A stretch of DNA of 61,793 nt, the filler included. It is 14 parts of 14 records of this genome, joined end to end, with 100 filler letters (N's around TTAATTAATTAA, not from the genome) between each part and the next. Parts side by side here need not be neighbours in the genome. Positions count along the whole stretch, not along the records: positions 53,028 to 58,020 come from SRR7504441_12981; positions 58,121 to 61,793 come from SRR7504441_13013; 12 more parts are not named here. The stretch is one strand, 5' to 3'. Of this stretch, positions 56,540 through 61,793 are shown piece after piece. The notes beneath the pieces are model-generated. The model worked only from the letters and a program-made list of their open reading frames with translations, was not told the origin of the DNA and did not search any database. The position numbers and the translations under genes are program-made. The first letter of the stretch is position 1; every line of letters begins with the position of its first letter.

Positions 56540-58020
56540 TCAAATCCCAACGGCGGCGCAATAATCTAATATAGATTGCGAATCGAGCCAACTGCGGTCC
56601 CGGTCGAGCTTGTCGGGTGGCTGCATGTAGCTCGGACCGTACATCTGGGCCAGCATCACATGTGGCCGGTGTGGCACCGCCATCTGCCGCACTCATCATC
56701 AGCATTCCCACCACGGCACTCCCACCTGAGTCCCGAGCATACTCATGTTCCGAATAGGAAACACCTGCCCCGCCCGCTCCCGGCCGCCCGCTCCCCGTGG
56801 CACGTCCTGCGCATCAAACCGCCGTCGGCACCGCCGCGGGATGTCCACCACCACCTTGCCGTCCACAAAATCAAAACCAAACAGGTCCAGCCTCGTCGCG
56901 CCACGCGACACTGACCAATACTCGCCCGGAGCCGCACCCTCCGACCCGTTAGACGGCACACACACCTGTCACCCGGTCCGGCCCCTCCGACCGCACCCGA
57001 CCTGCCCATAGTACTGCCCGCCGCCGCCCTTGTCATGGTACATAAAGTACCGCAGCCCAGAGAGAGTCTCTAGCGAAGCATCCAGTTCACGAATGCGGTC
57101 CAGCTCCGGGCGCCACACAGCCAGGTCCAGATCGTCGGTCCACCAGATGACGTCCCTGTCTCTCATCGCCCCAAGCAACGTCCCAGAGAACAGAAACCTG
57201 CCACAGCCTCAGGCGCGGCCCCAGCGCTGAGTCACCAAGTCACTCCGAGCCGATTTAGCCAGCCCGCCGCCCGCTGGAGCAGCCCCCGGAGTGGCAGGTG
57301 GCAACATGGCGCCCCTGGGTGGTGCCCCGGGTCGCAAACTGTGCACTGGGCCAGCCCGCAGAGCGCACACTCGGCCGGCTCCACCCCCGCATGACGGGCC
57401 AGCAGCGGCAGCGGCACAGCCAGCCGGCCGTCCCCTCTGGCGGCCTGAGCGCCGGCCCAGCAGCGCCCGGCCGCGTCCTTGCGCTCTGCCTGCGGCGGGA
57501 GTGGGAGCTTGTTCCTGCAGAGGACTCATGATGCAGCCTAGTCGGGTACTCTTACCAAAACCCGCTGAACTTTCTCCGGGCGAGCAACACCCGAACAGCC
57601 GCGGGCAGCTGTGCCGAGGGCTCGGGCAGGGCGGCCAGTCGCGGGACTGAGGGCAGCCCCCGGGCCGGGCTCTCCGAGGCTTCTCCAAGACCCGGCCCGG
57701 CCCGGCCTCCAAGGCTTGTCTCTGCTGCGTCTCTTTCGAGCGCGAGGACACGGGCCTGGGCAGCTGCCAGTGCGGCGGCCTGTACGCCGTGTGTGGATCG
57801 CCAGAGCCAGGCACAGCTGGCGAGCAGCGCGACGGGGGCTAGCACTGCCGACGCAGCCAGCAACTGCCGCCCCCCGCCCCGCCGCCGTCGCTCCCACCAC
57901 GGCGCCACGGCTAGGCACTCGGCCAGCCGCCGAGCAGTCCGACGAGCTCGTGGCCGTTTGTTGCGGCCGGTCGGATTCCCAGAAGCATGGCCCTGCTCAG
58001 TCGGCTGGACGACCACGTGC
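56540..58020 (-). CDS. LicD/fukutin-family nucleotidyltransferase-fold phosphotransferase, several introns; start uncertain
   Basis: W|FLFSGTLLGAMRDRDVIWWTDDLDL, RLDLF, VFPI...VGVP...LAQMYGPSYMQPP; probable N-terminal TM anchor. Confidence 0.85.
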
Positions 58021-58387
58021 NNNNNNNNNNNNNNNNNNNNNNNNNNNNNNNNNNNNNNNNNNNNTTAATTAATTAANNNNNNNNNNNNNNNNNNNNNNNN
58101 NNNNNNNNNNNNNNNNNNNNGTCGCCGTTTGGAAAATCGTTGTGCGATACGAGTATTTGAGTACATGTATTTTATAATATTAAGAGAGCCATTCACTACC
58201 TCGAGTTAACCTCGAGTACCTCCGGTGGCATCACGGGATAATCACGAGGACTCGCGTTCCTTCTCTAAGCAAATTCCAGATCAATGATTGTACAAATGCC
58301 AATTGCAAGGCATATGATACGATACGATACGCTTGTTAAAACACCGAAGAGCATTCTGGCTATCTTCGGCCCTGCAGTTGCACCACA

Positions 58388-61087
58388 TCAAGACTTACGT
58401 GCCAAGATACACACCTTAGTGTGGCAAATGCAGTCCGGTTTGTGCCCAAAGCGCCCACATGGTTTAATCGGTTTGATCGGCGCTGCGTCCTGCCGGCCAG
58501 CTCAATCCACAAGCCAAGTGCAAGGACGCGCCTGCCCTGACCCGTCGGGTGCTACTGGCCTGCAGATGGGGACGGCACTGGCTGATCGGTCAGCTGGCTT
58601 CGACCCTGCGCTCCTGCCTCGTCCAGCCGGCCCCGCTGCCATAAGCCGTCAACCCGCGCCACAGTCAGCACACACCTCGCCCCCTGCCTCTGCCTCGCCC
58701 CCTGGTGGGCGCTGGCTGAAGAGCGGCACGGCGTCCAGCGGCTGTCACTGGCTGGGCAGGCGCCTGGATCGCCCTGTTAGGATAAAGGCCCGAGTGTTCC
58801 TAACAAGCTAAAGAGGATCCAGGCCAGTTGTTTGAGCAACAACCAAATTCGTGAATAAACTAGGGCAAAACATGCCTGCTCTGGGACAGTAAGCATGGTG
58901 CGTAGCTCGTGCTCGCCGTATTCCTCCTCGTCGCCGTCGAAGAACTCAACTTTAAACATCTCAGCCTTCGGGACCCACGCCGTGACGGTCCCCCTGCACA
59001 AGCCATAGCCCTGGAAGAACTTTTCGACCACAACGCCGATATAATCCTCAGGCTGGTTGTCTCTGGCAGATAGCAGCTGCTCCTGCTCGGTGTCAGCCGC
59101 GCCTTCTGCCGCCTGAGCAGCCCTGCTCCGCCCTCGGCTCTCGACGCACCACTTGCAGATTGACAGCCCACCAGCCCTTTGGACCACTGTGGCCGTCCCC
59201 CACCTAGTGTAACAGTTAACACGCCTTCCTAATCAGGCAACTCACCTCCCGCAAGAGTCGCACATCCGCTGCTGCGCCGTGTCATCCCCCTCGATCCCAG
59301 GCAGAGCGTCCCCTCGCTGTTGGCCGGGTGCGCTGATCTGCAGCCGGTTTTGTACTGAGCTGTACGCCCGTGCGATCTCCACTCCTCCTTGCTGTCTCCT
59401 CGCAGCCCCGCCGCCGGTGCCGCCCGTCGGGCGCAGCACGTCTTGCAGCGATCGCAGCAGTGGCACCCGGTGCTTCTGACGCTTGGTGCACCAGTAGGCG
59501 TAGCAGCGCACAATCTGCTCGCTCAGTACGTGCCCATAGCAACGGCTCTCAATCTCACTAACCAGGCTCGGCCTCAGGTCCTCCTCAGTTGGTACTTCCC
59601 CCTCTGTCGCTGTAAAAATCGAGCCAGTCGCGCACCTGAAGCCACACAGCCGCTCAGCGGCCGGAAGAGCGAGTCCCTACCTGTGGTGCTGTGCGTAGTC
59701 GTATTCAAAGTGGGTGATCAATAACTCAAACAGGTCGGACGCTCTGTCGAGCCCGGGCGCCAGCTGCATTTCGACCGGCAGCTTGCGGAGCCAGCGCTCG
59801 TCGTGCTCGTCTAGATCGTACATTTCGTGTATCGGCCTGGCCTTAGCGTACTGTCCCGGACGAGTCCACTTATCCCGTTCGAGCACTTCCGGTACGATCT
59901 GCGCCCCGCTTACGCACACACATTGCACACAGACGCACATTGCACACAGGCGTGCCCACATCCTGGGCCGGCAACCGCGACTCGCACGGTACGTATACTG
60001 CAGCCACGCCTGCTCGCCGGATCAGCCCACATTGATGAATGCAAAGCGGCACCAGACATCTGTTGGTCGTGTCTGAAATCGTCATGGCTGGAAGCTCGCC
60101 GCGGGGTGAGCGTGTCCCGTTCACCTGCCAACGGTAAACCCCGGGCGGGCGCGGCCTGCCACCCCTGCCAGACCGGGCCGGGCCAGCCAGCGGTGAACGG
60201 CTTCGCTTCCTGAGCGAGCTTTCGGACTGTGTCCTCCGCACCTTTTCAGGGGCCTGACACCGCCAGTTTAGCCGCGGGCGCACGGACCGGCCACCTTTTT
60301 GGGCTGGACCTTCTTGGCTGCCCTCCGCTCGGGGTGCTTCTCACGAGGGGAGTCGGGCGGCTCAGTCTTTTGTTTCTTGGAAGCCCTCTCTTTGGCTGGG
60401 GCAGACACAGTGCCACTCATGGTGGGGCCACAGCGGGCGGCGCACCTGCGGTGGGGCTGCCGGGCTCCTTCTTGTACTTAGATTTAGGCGCGATGAGCGT
60501 GCTCCCCCCCTCGCCGCTGCCCCCCTGTTCAGCGGGCGTGGCAGCACACCAAGGCACCGGGAACCGTCCGACGGCTTGCCTGGTCCGCCCTGCAGCGAGG
60601 ACCCGCCCAGTGTATAGGGCATCGGTACGTTTGCCGCAGTCTCGACAGGCCGCGGCACATAAGGCTCTTGGAGCAGACCCCATCCTGGCGGTTCGGGGGC
60701 TTTGGCAGTCAGCCGAGTCCTTGCGGGCGAGTGCAGCCCCAGCGCCATGGGGGAGACCAGCGGCCAGGGTAGTAGCGCCGAGATCACCACCGTTTGGGCC
60801 GGGGGGGGCGGCTTTGGCGGTCTGAGCTGCGTCACCCGGCCGGCGGGAGCCGGCAATGACTTGGGCGCGGGCGCGGGGGTCTTTACCTCCGGGGCTCGAG
60901 GGACCACCGGAGCCGTATACGCCCCCCGGGGAGGTGGGGGGAGCGTTGGGGCCCGCGGCCGCTGGACATCGCTGCTCAGACTAGAGTCGATCGTGAGCCC
61001 GGTCTGGGAGTGGCCTGGGCTCACTCCCCTCTGGCCGGAGGGCTGGACCGCGGGCTGGTTGACCGTCATCATGCCGCTGGTCTCCAA
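58388..61087 (-). CDS. Enhancer-of-polycomb (EPL1/EPC)-like chromatin protein with a Tudor-like domain; both ends uncertain
   Basis: YDLDEHDERWL...FELLITHFE; YAYWCTKRQKHRVPLLRSL; YIGVVVEKFFQGYGLCRGTV...FKVEFFDGDEEE; long Pro-rich N-terminal region. Confidence 0.7.
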
Positions 61088-61213
61088 ACGAGCCCACCGC
61101 GGCCGGCCCGTCCAACCTCACCGGCGCTCTCAACCCGGCCGGTGCCTTGGCCCCCAGCCACACGGCTCCTTCATACACGACTCGTCCGCCTTGCCGTTCA
61201 GTTGAGCAGACAG

Positions 61214-61732
61214 ATGGAGGACAACCTCCGGTTCCGGAAGGGGGTGGCTCACCAGATCCACCTCAAGCTCAAGGAGGTCCTGGGATCCCGGCTGGCCACG
61301 CTCAGCCTCGAAGAGCTCATGGTCGTGCTGGGGAGCCCCGAGATGGACGCCGCGCTCCGGACCCTCCCGGCCAACGAGTACCAGCTGGGTCAACTGGTGG
61401 GTGCCCAGAAAAACATTTTTTTAGCACTGATCAACTTCAATGTGGTGGAGACGTCTCGGGTGGATTTTGCGTACGGTGGCTTTTATCTGCCCACAGATTA
61501 TTTGGCACGGTTGTCCAAGGTCAACACAGCCATCGCCCAAATCTGCAGTGGTATCACAACTCAGGAGATCCAGGCGTTCTTGGACACAAGCTTGTCTGCG
61601 GAGCAGAAAATGTGCGAAATTTACAGGGCAGCTCGAAGGTTGCACTTGGAACTCTCAAAGTCCCAATCTTGTCGATTATATCGATTGGACACATTCTCTA
61701 TATGTTCGAGTATATCATTCCGGGGAATTTAA
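61214..61732 (+). CDS. Hypothetical protein
   Basis: ATG-started ORF (MEDNLRFRKG...) with coding-like composition; no family recognised. Confidence 0.5.
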   Translation: MEDNLRFRKGVAHQIHLKLKEVLGSRLATLSLEELMVVLGSPEMDAALRTLPANEYQLGQLVGAQKNIFLALINFNVVETSRVDFAYGGFYLPTDYLARLSKVNTAIAQICSGITTQEIQAFLDTSLSAEQKMCEIYRAARRLHLELSKSQSCRLYRLDTFSICSSISFRGI

Positions 61733-61793
61733 TTACTGTCAGCATTCACCCCAAAATTCCACAGTAGAGTTTCCTATATAAAAAAGGGGGTAA

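Larger units (their letters stand above)
4219..58120. other. 13 artificial contig-joining spacers (44 N + TTAATTAATTAA + 44 N) at 4219-4318, 7359-7458, 12085-12184, 17402-17501, 21660-21759, 24988-25087, 29006-29105, 33646-33745, 36752-36851, 40263-40362, 45960-46059, 52928-53027, 58021-58120
   Basis: Identical 100-nt cassette with stops in all six frames. Genes are truncated at these boundaries, so adjacency across them has no biological meaning. Confidence 0.98.

Noticed and set aside
4219-58120. Regularly recurring TTAATTAATTAA within N runs as a biological repeat or CRISPR-like array
   Set aside because: Identical synthetic six-frame-stop linker between contigs.
59905-59955. CACATTGCACACA tandem duplication, and similar short duplications near 2457, 21815, 34522 and 45880
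   Set aside because: Ordinary slippage repeats in introns or intergenic DNA, with no spacer structure or terminal repeats.
4470-61781. Hundreds of overlapping antisense and alternative-frame ORFs as overlapping genes
   Set aside because: Expected from high GC and GC3 bias. They are Arg/Pro/Ala/Gly-rich shadows of real genes with no recognisable motifs.

Overview
This is not one locus. It is 14 short contigs (about 3-7 kb) joined by artificial 100-nt spacers (44 N + TTAATTAATTAA + 44 N, stops in all six frames). The DNA is eukaryotic, GC-rich and very gene-dense, probably from a protist MAG or SAG; the lineage cannot be fixed from the sequence alone. Most genes are split by tiny introns (mostly 36-55 nt), so the ORF track fragments them and I rebuilt exon chains by hand. 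Recognisable genes: an RWP-RK factor, KCR-like SDR, Rid fusion, ZNF451-type PIN protein, MIF-like protein, four-domain-type Ca2+ channel, ABCG-type transporter with a large ectodomain, stand-alone PKS-type acyltransferase, Rpn9, ankyrin-DHHC, ERG24, GH27, GH32, an RCC1-EF-HET-LRR protein, ELOVL, GCP5, XDH, fatty-acid hydroxylase, flavin amine oxidase, fucosyltransferase-CPW-WPC, LicD and an EPC-like protein. The strongest leads are: (1) an unusual gene-expression grammar, with about 40-nt introns that often have G-rich 3' ends, CTGAG branch-like motifs and several GC donors, head-to-head genes only 47-184 nt apart carrying YAACGG, and TACGAGTA arrays at 3' ends; (2) a Ca2+ channel with two SAM domains in its I-II linker; (3) an intron that looks newly gained by direct-repeat insertion; and (4) several unusual domain fusions and probable pseudo-enzymes. 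No prokaryotic, CRISPR, rRNA or tRNA features were seen. All family calls come from motif recognition by eye, not from database searches.
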